A stretch of 64,000 nt of DNA from Phoronis australis. Taxonomy: Eukaryota > Animalia > Phoronida. A model generated the notes under the pieces. The model was not told where the DNA came from. It worked only from the letters and a program-made list of their open reading frames with translations, and searched no databases. Position 1 is the first letter of the stretch, and each line of letters starts with the position of its first letter. Below are positions 39,397 through 54,500 of this stretch, piece after piece. A program made the position numbers and the translations under genes. The stretch covers positions 285,845 to 349,844 of the forward strand of contig NMRA01000215.1 in assembly GCA_002633005.1 (NCBI GenBank), read 5' to 3'.

Positions 39397-39565
39397 CTAG
39401 CCTTCGCCTTTGGAGTTATCTACCATGCCTCTTAGTTTCTCCAGTATGACTGACATAGCCAAACACTTCTCCAACAAGGGAGATGATTCCCACAGCTGTG
39501 GTCTTTCTTGCAGGTATGTCTTGAAAAGGGCTTTAGCCGCCTCCAGCTCAGTTTCAGACAGTTTG
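39397..39565 (-). CDS. EDRF1: EDRF1 last coding exon
   Basis: ttccag acceptor, phase 2; KLSETELEAAKALFKTYLQ...DNSKGEG then TAG. Confidence 0.8.
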
Positions 39566-42500
39566 CTGGAATGTAATGTGGTAGCTACCAAAGATTAGGG
39601 TTACCATTTCACTTGAAAAGGATCTAATATGTAAATTAGCAAATTGTGAAGTTTACAACAACATTTTTGGTAAATAAATTCAATAACACTAAACACGTTA
39701 GTAAGCGAAACATTGCGGAAGCGTAATAAAAATGTTTCAATACAGACATCTTAATTGAAAGCTGCACTTCAACAGTTAAACAGGATGCAACGCAGCTTTA
39801 AAAAAACATTCACCAGAATTCAACACAAATGGCATACAAATACTTTTTTGCACCAGACTTAATGTTGTCTGCACAACAGTCCACCAAAGCATGAGACCAA
39901 ATTTCTCTGTGAAAAGACATCTATTATCCATAAGTGCCACAAAAATTTTATGAAAATTCCATAGAAGGATGTTTCCCTATAAGCTAATACCTCCGTTTAC
40001 TATTCGTTTCTATCTTCACCAGTGTATGCAGCACCACCTTCAGTCGTGAATCGAGTATTGTCATCAGTTTGTCACCCTCTGTCCTAAACGACTCCTCAGA
40101 ATTCTCTGCAAGCTGAGCCCGCAGTGACTCAGCTGCTGGATGACAGTCTATTAAAAGTTCTAGTGCTGTATGTAGCGTCTTAATTTTCGTGCCATGGCTC
40201 GTCTGAGCTAGAAAATGCAAGAAAATTTAATTTTAAAAAAATGCAGGCCGTCTGATGCCTGAAATGCGTCGAATGTGTGCAGGCCACATAGTTTGGGACC
40301 ACTGCACAAAACACCTGATTTGGAACTCATGAAAACATCTATATCTAGCCATCAGGCTCTCTCTAAGATAACATGCAGAAGTCTGTAGCAGTGTAGGCCA
40401 GTTATACGCTATTGGTGTTTGGGATTTGAAGTTACTGTCCACAGATGATGTCCACAACCAACACTGCTTCCGCTTGCCTAGACATCTCACCTAGGGATTA
40501 AGGCTATGAAATAAAAATTTCCAAATTTGACTAACTTCAGGATATCACACCTCAGAAATGGCTGATTGGATTTTTTTAACGAAATTTTCAGATACTGGAA
40601 TTTATGCACAGTTCTCCAAAATGCTGTTGGGAATCGTCTTTATAGGAAAATTTGATGATTATCAGACATTTAGACAAATGCTAGAGCCTAACATTCCTTG
40701 GTGCAGTACAAAAATAATCCGACAAAATAAACTGGAAATTCCTGGGATAAAGGCAGAGCGCAAGCGGATTTCACCATCAGCATAGCTAGAACGATGAGAA
40801 AAGGTATTTTGTCTCATTACTTTTGGTGTGTACCATAGGAAACTAACCATTTTTGCATAAAAGTTCAATGGAATATTGAGCATTCCCCAAACTGGAAGTT
40901 GGTGTTGCCATAATTCATTGCTATTCTTTGCCGAATAGTAAACTCTTCATTTGTTTTGCCAGTAACACAAGTTGTCAATTTTTAGGAAATATGATTGGAC
41001 GTTTTTTCTCGCCGTTATTGTTGAAATCCATTCGATGAGAACTGTCTTTAAAATATTTCAATTATTTAACTCTTTACAGAAAATGGTATCTAGTTATCTG
41101 AGCTTCAAAAAGTCCAAAATCACAGACTCACATTTCCACAAGGTGCTACAGAAATAGGACTTTCATGACTTCTAGGAAAACATTTATTTCACAAATATGC
41201 GTATTTTTCTACTTTTAGAAAATATGCATTTTTACCATGCTAAAACGCTAGTTCTGTAGACATTTGGCTAAATGCACTAATAGATCTATAAAGTTACAAA
41301 GAATCTTAAAAACCACAAAATTCCCATATCGAGAGAACATTCTTTTATATACACATTCACTCATATTTTTCAATTTGATTTGTGCTTTGTTTTTTTCTTG
41401 TATTTCTTTTGTACCTGTGGAAACTAACCAACCACACACAAGATGGCGCATCATCTGGTAAGTCACGGATTTACACGCATCCATTGATACTAACATAGTA
41501 ATGACATCTGGGGAATAAAATAAAACAAATGTTGAATGTTAAATTTGCACTGTACTATGAAGATGTACATGCAATACCATACAAACTTCCACATTTCAAG
41601 GCTGCGCTCTTTTTTTACAATTTGGTGGTCGTTTTAAGTCTCAAAGATAAGTTACGTGATTTTTGGACGCTTCGGCAAATCTTAGGGCCTAAAATAGCTA
41701 ACAAGATAACTAGAGATTTTTCAGCCAACGTGACCCGTTAATGCAAGACTACACTCACCTTGAAGTATGAACTCACACATGGCTACCCGCTCCAGTTGTA
41801 CTCTGAGAAGTTCACAACAACTCTCTGTAAGTGTGAACTGTTTGAATGCCTTGCAGTAGTGGATCTCTGCCAGGCTGCGTAGGTGCTTTCTCTTCTGCTC
41901 CGCTGGCTGCCAAACAGAGGAATGCAAGAAATATTTTAATGATTATGCTAAGAAGAACATTAGGAAAAATCAGTCAAGTTGGTTCTGGTCTCTACCTCGA
42001 CTCATTTTGACACCTGCGCTTAAGTGAAACAAAATCACCAGCATCAGAGTCAGCCAATGTCTTTTTTTTGAAAAGCTGCACAAAGGCACATAAGCAATGT
42101 TTGAAAAGCTAGGATTTTCAAACCATAAGTAAAAAACAAATACGCATCATTTTGCTAGTCTCAGATGGACTTTCTTTCTTAAGAAAGTGAGCAAATGGCA
42201 AAGTCGTTATCCCCCGTTATCTAGAGCCGGAGTGGATTTTGGAGAATTATCGCCTGAGGGGCGTTAGCCTCGAGGGTGATAATTCTACAAAATCCACAAA
42301 GGCTCTAGATAAGGGGGGGTAATGACTGAGAACTTGCAATAATCTATTTATAGCACATACTGAATGAGAAACATTGCAATGAATCGATCTACCTTTCTCG
42401 ACTTGCCTCGACTTTGTAACTACTTTCTATGTCAGAGGACCAGGGTCGGAGGTCATGACCTTTTAAGAAAAGCCGAGCTATTTTTGTCAAATAATGCTTT

Positions 42501-45500
42501 TACTCAAAACCAATGGAAAATTGAAACAAACTAGAAATAAAGTGAATCAATAAATTAAGGTTCAGCAACTATTATAGCTTACTACACATTTTATCACGCT
42601 AAGCTTCGACCGGGAAAATATCGTCTGCTAAAGTAGGTTACTACTGGTAACTGAGTATAAATGCTCAAGTCAAAGGATTCCGACATCACGATACCCGCAT
42701 TCAAATTGGAGATCGGTGATTTACAAGTGAGAGAACATGAGAGAAAAATTTCACTGAATTAAAATATCGTTTTTATGGAAATTATGCGTCTTATTTTTCA
42801 TAGCATATAAATGTTGGTACAATGCCCTTTGCTGAACATGCGATTGTTGCGTGTGCTCATTTAAGTATTCTATTTTCACTTTCGATAACGTCAGCCGCTC
42901 AGTGGTGTAGTGGTAAAGTCGGCAACTCGAAAATGTTGAGGCCCGGGTCCGAAACCGGCCTCGGTTCCCGCCCAAATGTTATCTCACTAGAGATTTGCCA
43001 TTCGAGGCTAATGTTGGGGTATAAAANACATTGCAATGAATCGATCTACCTTTCTCGACTTGCCTCGGCTTTGTAACTACTTTCTATGTCAGAGGACCAG
43101 GGTCGGAGGTCATGACCTTTTAAGAAAAGCCGAGCTATTTTTGTCAAATAATGCTTTTACTCAAAACCAATGGAAAATTTAAACAAACTAGAAATAAAGT
43201 GAATCAATAAATTAAGGTTCAGCAACTATTATAGCTTACTACACATTTTATCACGCTAAGCTTCGACCGGGAAAATATCGTCTGCTAAAGTAGGTTACTA
43301 CTGGTAACTGAGTATAAATGCTCAAGTCAAAGGATTCCGACATCACGATACCCGCATTCAAATTGGAGATCGGTGATTTACAAGTGAGAGAACATGAGAG
43401 AAAAATTTCACTGAATTAAAATATCGTTTTTATGGAAATTATGCGTCTTATTTTTCATAGCATATAAATGTTGGTACAATGCCCTTTGCTGAACATGCGA
43501 TTGTTGCGTGTGCTCATTTAAGTATTCTATTTTCACTTTCGATAACGTCAGCCGCTCAGTGGTGTAGTGGTAAAGTCGGCAACTCGAAAATGTTGAGGCC
43601 CGGGTCCGAAACCGGCCTCGGTTCCCGCCCAAATGTTATCTCACTAGAGATTTGCCATTCGAGGCTAATGTTGGGGTATAAAAAGGTATATCGCATCATA
43701 AAGTCAACTTTCCAAAAAAACACAGACTAAAACCGACTCTCATTACTGTTATGATTTCATTTCCAACACTGAAACTTTTTTTCAAAAACGTATTGTCCAT
43801 AATTAGGAAGCATTATAGAAAATGTTATGAAAATGCTTTCACACAGAAAAATGAGTTTTTTCTTAACGTTATGTAGGACTCACAAAAATGTCCAATTTTG
43901 GCCAACTTTGGAACATCGTATCTCAGAAATGGCTGATCGGATTCCCATGAAACTTTATATAAATGTTCTCAAAAATGCTGTTGGAAATTGTTATTAAATG
44001 TGCCATAAAAATAGGACGTATATGACTTTTATGAATGATTTTTAAGTTGCATCAAATGAAAATGAAACAATAATTCAGAAAAATGTGTTTTTGAGATTTT
44101 TATCTGGGAAATTTATATTACGCGAAATTTGGTCAAGTTACCTATTCTGTTGTTTAGCTGTGAATGTACCTTTTCTTCTTTTAATTTCCTAAAAAGCATG
44201 GTCACATGACCTAATTAGTGGCAGATTGTTATAAAATCAAATATTAAATTCTACAGTAATTGATTTTCAAAAATATGTGATACCTTTGTTGAGTTGAATT
44301 AAACAGTTTGTAGATATTTGGCTTAATGTACCGACTTGTTGATGAGGTCTTGCATAATTGTAAATCGTTAATTACGCAAAAGTAGACAATTTTGATGCTA
44401 GATTATGATAACATCAGTTAAATGTAGTCGAATAGAATTGTCAATCGTAACTCTTTACGAAGGCGACCAGTTGCAATGTCATTCATAAACTCCTTGAATG
44501 AATGACAACATGGGACTGGATGATGATAAAAACTTCTGAACTTGAACTCAGTCTGATTTCGTGGAAAGAGTAAAAAAGAATGCAACAGCCACTAATCAAA
44601 AACTCAGTTGTCTTTTCCTCAGCAAATACCAACACTGTAAAAGAATAACATATTGATTGAAGGGGAAATAAACCCGTGTCTTGAGTTGAAAAATTTTTTG
44701 ATTAAAGCCACTTTCCCTTACAAAATCAGAGTCAATATTTCGCTCACTTTGATAAAAAGGATTTTAAGACTTGAGAAGAACAGGCAGTTCTCGTCTCAAA
44801 GCAGGCCAACAGAATTTGGTGTCCCAAGAATTCCAGGCGTTTCAATGCGACCAATTTTAATTCAAGAAAAGAATAAAAACTTGGTGACGTTGCTTTGGCA
44901 GAGAGCAAATGCCCCTGCAAAGAACGTTGTTTTTAACGCCAGAACACCGAACACAGCAGCCTAAATAATGGAGTACCTAGCCCAAAAACATGCGTTTCCC
45001 TCACCTGGTTCCTGTAAGAACTGTGATAAAGCGAGGCCAGTCTGTGGTTGATGGTGGCGGCGCGGTACTGACACATGGGCTGACGGCTGGACTTGGTCTC
45101 CGTGTCACAGTGCTTGAGCGACTTGGCCATCAGATCAGTCACTTCACGCTCCACCTATGGGGCAAATGATTAAAATAGTATGCCAGGTATATGGTCTCAT
45201 GTTCAAAGAAGAATGCAACTTACTATTTCNCGAAATTTGGTTAAGTTACCTATTCTGTTGTTTAGCTATGAATGTACCTTTTCTTGTTTTAATTTCCTAA
45301 AAACCATGGTCACATGATCTAATTAGTGGCAGATTGGTATAAAATCAAAAATTAAATTCTACAGTAATTGATTTTCAAAAAATATGTGATACCTTTGTTG
45401 AGTTGAATTAAATAGTTTGTAGACATTTGGGTAAATGTACCGACTTGTGGATAAGGTCCTGCATAACTGTAAATCGTTAATTACGCACAAGTAGACAATT

Positions 45501-48500
45501 TCAATGCTAGATTATGATAACATCAAACCGAAGACCCAGGAGTAGTGTAGTTAAATGTAGTCGAATAGAATTGTCAATAGTAACTCTTTATGAAGGCGAC
45601 CAGATGCAGTGTCATTCATGAACTCCTTGAATGAATGACAACATGGGACTGGATGATGATAAAAACTTCTGAACTTAAACTCAGTCTGATTTCGTGGAAA
45701 GAGTAAAAAAGAATGCAACAGCCACTAATGAAAAACTCAGTTGTCTTTTCCTCAGCAAATACCAACACTGTAAAAGAATAAGATATTGATTGAAGGGGAA
45801 ATAAACCCGTGTCTTGAGCTGAAAAATTTTTTGATTAAAGCCACTTTCCCTTACAAAATCAGAGTCAATATTTCGCTCACTTTGATAAAAAGGATTTTAA
45901 GACTTGAGAAGAACAGGCAGTTCTCGTCTCAAAGCAGGCCAACAGAATTTGGTGTCCCAAGAATTCCAGGCGTTTCATTGCGACCAATTTTAATTCAAGA
46001 AAAGAATAAAAACTTGGTGACATTGGTTTGGCAGAGAGCAAATGCCCCTGCAAAGAACGTTGTTTTGAACGCCAGAACACCGAACACAGCAGCCTAAATA
46101 ATGGAGTATCTGGCCCAAAAACATGCATTTCCCTCACCTGGTTCCTGTAAGAACTGTGATAAAGCGAGGCCAGTCTGTGGTTGATGGTGGCGGCGCGGTA
46201 CTGACACATGGGCTGACGGCTGGACTTGGTCTCCGTGTCACAGTGCTTGAGCGACTTGGCCATCAGATCAGTCACTTCACGCTCCACCTATGGGGCAAAT
46301 GATTAAAATAGTATGCCAGGTATATGGTCTCATGTTCAAAGAAGAATGCAACTTACTATTTTTTGACAGGTTAAGTAAAAAAGCAGATCCTTGGTTACCT
46401 AGGAGATATGCTTTTTCCAAATTAATAAAGTTTGCATGCCTGGTACTTACTAACCAAGGAACAATCAAGCGTGCCATGAACTGCCCAGCAAAAGGCCTGC
46501 CTCTTGCTTCTGCATTCACAATGACATGCAGTGCTCACTATTGAGCATGTCTGTGTGGGTCATTGTGTTTGCTCAATAGGAGTAAATGTAGAATGAAGAT
46601 GTAGGTCTTGTACTGGGCCGTTAATGAATGAAGAGCCAACTAAGTGCTGGGCCATTTATGAATGTAGCACTGAGACGCAGGCCTTGTGCTGGGCCGTTTA
46701 TGAATTAAGGACCAAGATGCAGGCCTAGTGCTGGGTCATTTATGAATGTAGAACCAAGATGCAGGCCTTGTGCTGAGCCGTATATGAATGCAGAACCAAG
46801 ATGCAGGCCTGGTGCTGGATCGTTTATCTTACTTGCCGTTGTTCTATGGAAATACACATCCAGGGAACAATAATGAACACGGAGAAATGTCTGTCCAAGA
46901 TATTCACGGATCTGTGTTCACTTATTATTAATGGTAACATCACAATGGTTGCTTTCCATTTTAACACTAGACTATCAACCACTCACTGTATCCAACAGGG
47001 TAATATAAAGGAAACCGCATTTTGAGAACCAGTTTGCTTTTCTGAAAACAGGCTTAAAACTGGTTCTCCAAATGTGGGCATGCAATATCCGACTAATGCC
47101 TACAACGGTAATACCAGAGGTTTTATATGAAGTTCAAAGTACAAATCCCAGTTCCTGGTAAGTCCAACGAGGGCAGTAGCATAACTTCTTTTTCTCTACT
47201 CTTTGTTGTGCTCATTCAACAACAAGCGTCTCACACATCGTGCTGTGCATAGCGATCAATAACTACACATATATGATACGCGAATGATGCGTATTTATAA
47301 ATAATAAACCAATTCAACATTTCAACAGTGAAATACATACATTTACCAGCAGGAGATCATTATACCTGTAACCATTGTAGTCCATTGTTCAGTTGCATGA
47401 AACTGTCCCAACAGGGACTCATCTTTGTTTCCTTAATTTTCAGCACATTTGTAGAATGTCTACTCACTTGATATGTTACACTATCACTTCATTTTAGTGA
47501 GCTTCTCTTTTACGTGGAAGTGGAAAACTTATGCCAGAAACATATCTATTCTACACTGAGGAGTACTGACCCCATATCTAAACTCAAAACTCTTCCCACT
47601 TATACACAGTGCTAAGCACTGACCTGCTCTTTTGAAAGCGTCGACAATGGTGCATAGTCCTGCATCATCGTTGCCATGGTGAAGTAAGTGCTGGACAACT
47701 CCCACGATACCAAGTCCCAAATGTCTGTGTGCTCAACGCGCTGCCCTAAGACAACCAGTGCCTGGCTGTAGTTGTCTGCTGCCTATGTGATGCAAAACCA
47801 AAGTATACACAATCATGTCAACAAAATAAAGTAATAAGAACATTTCAGTAATGTTTACGACATACGTCAAATGAAGCCACTTATCAGAAAGTTCAAAACT
47901 AATAATATAATGGATTTGCCTACTCTGTAATTCTAAAACAGAAATTGCGGATTCCTTGACATGCAATATCTTGGTAAGTGAGCACACTTTTCCTCGCCTG
48001 ATTTACATCATTAGGCGTTGTTATAGGAAAGGATGTCCTACAAACCAAGAGACAAAGCTCAGACACAAAAGGATGTAAAGACCCTAATCTTTTATGAGTC
48101 CCAACACAATACTTACTTTAGTCAGGTAATGCTTCTCCCGCTGCGTGAATTCCCGTTCACCTTTGTCACCTTCACCTGTAACCAATGCCGATGAACAGCA
48201 TATTCTCATCAGTCGACCCCTGTTGGAGTATAGCAGGGCTTCATTGACTCTGTCACCAACTATCTCAAAGTTCTTGATTCCTTGGTCAAAACAGTCATAA
48301 CTCTGCTTCCAAAGTAACTCCAATTGAGAGACATTCACATCGCCTACAATAAATGTTATTCATGTTTATTTGATGTGGAACTAAGGACAGCTGTCACTCA
48401 TGGCGTAACTATGGCAAGCCACAAACAGCCATATGATTAACCATAAACCACCTTTCACAGCCAGTTTCTCAAAGAGTAGTCCATCTTACTTTGGTTATTA

Positions 48501-51500
48501 TAGGGAATCAAGTGATGTTAAGGGTCTCTGTAAACTTTGTTACCTGCAAAGCAGATCAATACCCTGATTGTTGATCAATCACGATTAGTCGCCTGTGCAT
48601 TCGCACTTGCCCAAGAGTTTGGAGTGAACAGTCATACGTGTCCATCAAGGCCTATATGAATGCAATCCTGTAGCACAAAATTGTGTTCTCCGAGTGTTCA
48701 CAGGCTGTACGAAAAATTGATTCCAATTGCTAGTTTTGTTATTTCAAGGTCAAAGTTTTCACAAACACCATCCATCACTTTGAAGGATACAATACCTTGT
48801 AACTCAGCCAGATTCTTTGCTCGATTCATTAGAAACACACCCAGTTCATTTAATATATTTCCCATTCTCTTCAACAGATGGTGCTGCTGCTTGCTGCTCG
48901 CTAGATTCCTCCCCATGAAACACTGCTGAGCATGCTCATAGCACTTCAGACTGTCTCTCAGACTCTGTTCAACATCAAGGCTATATTCACAGGCCCACGA
49001 CAGTTCTAACGAGAAGAATAGAGAAGTTCAGTGCTAAAATGCAAGGAAATAATGTGTTCCAACAGAGAGATAACTATGTCTAGATCAAGCAACCAACTTC
49101 AAAACACAAATCAACATTTACTAATAAAAAACTAAGTTTGTCTGTCGACATTGGTGTTGCGACATCCGGTCACTGTCAAATCGCTACGCATTTTAGGATT
49201 TGCAAAAACTAACAAGTTGACTTAGCTCAAGACACAGCTTAACAAGCTGGGTTGAAGAGGCTCATTGTTTTATGAGCAAAAGGCATTATGGCTGACTGTA
49301 CATTGGCTGGTTCTGTGATCAAACACTAGATGGAGTTACAGGCAGGTTCACTGGGACTCTAGCTTTCATACAAAAAAAAACACAACAAAAACAACTTGCT
49401 AACTACTCAAGTCTCAAAGGGATTATGAACCCACCTTCGGTGGTCAAAAATAACTTTTGATATAGAACACTATTCACTACAAAATTGGTCTCAACTTTTT
49501 CCTTACTCTGAAGACTGATTTCTGGGCTATGGAAGAACTGATAGTTTGGTAATGCTCAAGAGCGTGCTAAGTACACAAAGTAACACACCATGACAAGCCA
49601 ATGTATCGAATGAACTGTCAGTTCTGCACAAACCCTGAAATCGTCTCAAATCCGTGACTAAGAAACAACTTAATACCATATATAGAGTGGTGACCTACAC
49701 TAAACGTTTCATTTAAGAAAGGTGGGTTTGATGCTTTTGAAAGTTCAACAAGAATATAACAGCTTTAGCCATGCTTGACAGCGTTGAAAGAACATTCAAA
49801 ACTTTACCAAACTCTTCCACTTCTTTTTTGGCCCAAAGCAAAAGCTTTTGATCAGCTTCAGACAGAGACACGAACTCTTCCTGGTGTGAAACAAGAGAGC
49901 CATTGTTGTGAACGAGCATCAGTCGAATGTCACCCGCCAGAGTCAAGATGGCCGCCCGCAAGTCATAACAACTAGTGGCATCATCGCCAGACATAGTTCT
50001 GAAGTCATTGGACACACGTTGGAGAGCAGCTGCAATGGCAAAAATTTAATTCAGTGAAACTATATATTTTCTGAATGTACAAAGCCTGTAGAATTTGATT
50101 TTTGACATTACATCAAAGAATTGTGGGTCATTTGTCGTCATTTCAGTATGGTCCGGATGACACAAAGAAGGCAGTAGAGTAGACCCCATGGCAACTTTTT
50201 GGATGTAATTTGAAGAATCTGTTGTTCATTGATTATTGGTTATTGGCTTTGGTATTCAAAGGGAAGCCTACTACGGAAGGCTTTGGAATGTACAGTTCAA
50301 ACCTCTGCCTAGTGATTGTGAGGTTTGCAGGTAATTTCACAAAAGCAATGACTGACACCGTGCTTGTTGACTGTATAAAGAGTAGCGTCTCCTACTTCTG
50401 CTGCATACAAAGATTCTGGATTTTGAGAACCAGATTGATGCATGTTATTCCATGGAGAAAAATGGTTCTCAAAATGTGAGACCCTTGTAAGTGACAACTA
50501 ACTTGTAGGGTACAGGGACAAACAGAAAACAGATGAGGCAAGTGTCAATCAGAATGTGACAAGTCAAATTTGTAAATTTTTTACTCATGACATGTTCTAT
50601 GATTATTGAAACCGAACTCGGAGATTAAAAACAAAATGGACACAAATAGTGTATTAATTACGGTAATTTTCCACTTATTTTGCACAAAACAAATTGCCAA
50701 AATATGTAATTTTCCATTTTCAAAAGCTGAAAATAATGAAACTTCAACACAGTTAAAACCATGCTTGTAATAAGACTAAATATTCTTAATCTACATTTTT
50801 GTAGAAATATGATCGAATAAAATTTTGCTAGTCTGCCATATTGTGTGCTAAATAGGTGAAAAATCGCCGTAAAGCGACTATACATAAACGAGAACTGATG
50901 CGTACTAAATGATATTAGAGCAAGTTTGGCATATTTCAACGCCTGTCCATATTTCTTCACAGTGTTCTTTGTCTGAGCCAACCAGTAGTACGACAGCGAG
51001 GCTTTCTTCCATAGCAAATCCTCAATCCTTGGACGAAAAGAGGAGCGTTGTGGCAAGCTATCACATTTCCCTCCACTTTCCTGCCAGTAGTGGCCAACAG
51101 AAGTTCTTCGTAGAAGGGCTTTGTCACACACAGCTGAGTCTTCCACATGGTCAGTGTCACCGCTTAAAGGTGCGGCATCGCTTAGGGGATATTTAGCAGA
51201 ACTGGTTGCATCATCTCCAGTCGATGACGTAGCACTATCTGATTGGTTGTTTGTTGTTTTTGACAGAGGTTCATAAGGCATGGGTATTGGGTCACTTCGA
51301 TTTCGAGGCATGGCACTCCTTCCTTCAGAAACACAACGCAAACCCTAGAATGGTGCATGAGGCCAAAGTCAGCATTTTGTTCAATACATTTCATTTTCAA
51401 CAATTTAACAGTGTTACCTGCAAAGCAACCATTCACAATATTCACCATTCTAACTGTCGTGGGTGGATCTGGGGAGCAAGATGAGCCCAGAGATATCATC

Positions 51501-54500
51501 TTTAAGGATATTACAGATGTTTCTCTTTCAGGTATTGTAGCTGGCCTCCTATGTGATATCAGAGATCTCTCAATGACCCATAAGTTGGAAGGGTTATCAA
51601 GGCCAACATGTACCACAGAAATATGGCTACACTTGAATGACTTCACTGATTCTGTGGGTCAACCAACTAAGACAACTGGCTGGTTGTCGATGACAACTTA
51701 TGGTTTTTAAATCAATCAGATGTCTCAGCCAGTTGACCCGCCAAAGTCAGCAAAGTGCAGCCATTCAGAAATTTTTCTAGTTGCAACATTTCGTTTCATC
51801 TACCTAGAATAATAGAAAACTTTTGAAACACACGAACGTTAGCATTCAACTAATACACTACATCCCACTGAAATGATGAATTTTGATCGGTTTGTTAAAC
51901 TTGCACGAGCAATTGAAACAGGAATAGTGCAGACATGAGACTAACATGTCACCATGGCCCAAAGCATTGTGGGTAAATGGCAAGGTTCTCCAAGAAGATC
52001 ATTTTATTTCAATCCTCTTTCATACTGACTTAACTCTGGACTGAGTGGAAAGTAAATGTAAACTATTAAGTTAACTAAACCATTCATACCAGTTTCGGTA
52101 GTTAACGGACGTCAAAGTAAATGGTAGGAGACGTTGTTGTCACTGAAGTAATCGCAAGGTAGTGCTGATGCATCGTGTGCACGTTAAGCTTTTCTTAATG
52201 TGACTATTTGGGAACATTGACACATGCTAGTTGACATAAAACTGATTTGGAACTCGATTGGTGGTTATTTGAGCAAAATAAAAGCAATTATTAGCGACGA
52301 CACTGCCCTTTAATTGTTGATGATAACAGTGGCCCCTGGCGATATCTTCGCTGGGACCGAAGTTGACCGTTCAAACTGCACTGCACGATCCACTGATAAA
52401 TCCACCTGTTAACTGCGAAGTTAACTGGTGCTGTTAACTTTGATCCTGGACCAAGTTAACAATTCATACTGACCGCAACTCACCAAAACATGGACACACT
52501 GACATTAGCATGAAAGAGCCCTTAGAATCGAGCTATAAGCATGTCTGACTTCTTTAAATCACCAAATTAAATTTTTTTGTATATTAAAAAGCTCAGCACA
52601 GCTTCAAAATAATACAACAGGACAATATCAATCCACAACAGCAACATTAATAAAACAGACTGTTCCAATTTGTACCTCTAACACGTGTGTCAACGCCTCA
52701 CGACATCGGTCCTCCACATCGGGGGATATACTAGGGAACCTATCATACTCGCTACGGGCAACTTTGGGATCACCGGGAGTCGCCAGGGCGTGGATGTTGA
52801 CAGTACTGGAAGTGTTCACCTCAGTCATATCATGACACTGTGATGAGTCATCATAATCATCATCACCTTCACTGCTGATGTCCCACTGACGAGAAAATGG
52901 AAAACAATGCTTTAAACACTTGAATATAAGACAAACTCATCGTAAATAGCTAAGAAGTCGTAAATTTCATAATTCTTGAATTAGCGCCAGACGCTATTTC
53001 CCATTTCGAAAATTTGCTGTAAGCGCAGACCTTGAATAAAATTTTTCATAGTTCTAAGCTGGAGAATTTTTTCTGTACTACCACTGATTTGAAAAAATGA
53101 AAACAAATGTTTTGTTTCGTTAGGCACACCTATCTTGAACGCCATCCCCTTAAAGTTTATGAGAGTGAATTCGCATGTCATCAGCTGCACTATGACTAGC
53201 TGTCGGCACAGGTATTTCAACTGTCCTGACTAGACGTGCTGGCCGCGTTGCACAGGTATTTCAACTGTCCCGACTAGACGTGCTGGCCGCGTTGCACAGG
53301 TATTTCAACTGTCCTGACTAGACGTGCTGGCCGCGTTGCACAGGTATTTCAACTGTCCCGACTAGACGTGCTGGCCGCGTTGCACAGGACCGTCTGTCAT
53401 GGCGCAGTTGCATTATGTGCTACAACTCCTGCCTATTGGTAAACTAAAACACTACAATTACCTGTGACAAAGTGGGGCACGCACTATCCAGATCGCAGAT
53501 ACCATCAGCAATGTACAGATCAGATAGATAATAATGGGCATGGCCTACAGTCTGCAACAGAGTGTTATTTGGAGTGATCTAACGTGTGAAGCAGTATATT
53601 CAAAAACTGTTAACACGATGTAACAGTTCATTGGTCAGCTTTGACGACATTGTAGCAAGTCAGAAATGAATCAGTGCAGGTCAAGTCTATTTAATCTTTG
53701 GATGTTTAGTCTGGCTGCCCGATTCTAAGGTAATATAAACAAATAATTTCAGACGGTCTGATACGTGTTGTACCAGACGTGCACAGGTCGCACATGTGGG
53801 CCCATTGCACTGATCAAATAGAACCATTTTTATGTTTTATTAATATATTGCTAAAATCGAGCTGAGGAGCTAGAAACCTGACTCAAAGGTTTAGCAGTGA
53901 CCCAGTGAGACTCAAACGACCTCGAGTAAAGAAAGCGGACACATACGAAACTAGCCCAAAGTGCCTTCTATGATTCCAAGGTAGGCCACAGGGTGCAAAC
54001 AACTAAAAAGGTGCTATTTCAATTAGTACTACGTCGACAGCTTTGAAATTTCCAGAGTAAAATGCGTACACATTGTTTTATGACATCCTAAAATCATGAG
54101 ACCACATGGTGGGTAGTTGCCTGGTAGAGCGTTCAGGTGAAAAAACACCATCATCCGTCAATGAAGGGTTTTGGTGGAAATTCATATCTGCTTGGCATGA
54201 AATATACCTGGTCTCACATTTGACATTTCACACTTGGATTCTGAATCACAATTGGAAAAGATGAAAAGCACAGGGTGTCAAATATTTTGCTTCAATCTAC
54301 TGCCACAGTCTCATAGCTGAGCGGCCTATTACAAGTTTCACACATAGTAAAACTATCCAGTTGCCTAAGAGATTTCACTAACAAATTTGTTTATCATGAG
54401 ACCTTAGACTCAAAAATAAAATAAAATTTATTGTAATCGTTAAGGCTAAAACATTTCACCTTAAAGTGTTGTCTAAAATCCAACAACCCAATGCAGTTCT

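Larger units (their letters stand above)
44123..46361. repeat. ~1.1-kb tandem duplication joined by a single N (likely two haplotypes)
   Basis: 44123-45229 vs 45231-46361 with scattered SNPs and a ~24-bp indel; N at 45230; carries one EDRF1 exon twice. Confidence 0.9.

Noticed and set aside
42896-42968. Functional tRNA gene
   Set aside because: Acceptor stem and anticodon arm do not form canonically and the T-loop deviates from GTTC; kept only as tRNA-like.
51182-51646. 154-aa minus-strand ORF overlapping an EDRF1 exon in another frame
   Set aside because: No recognisable motifs; the EDRF1 frame explains the conserved part.
51700-51805. Possible poison exon in an EDRF1 intron (ttctag|VDETKCCN stop)
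   Set aside because: Only an acceptor-like site supports it; expected by chance in AT-rich introns.
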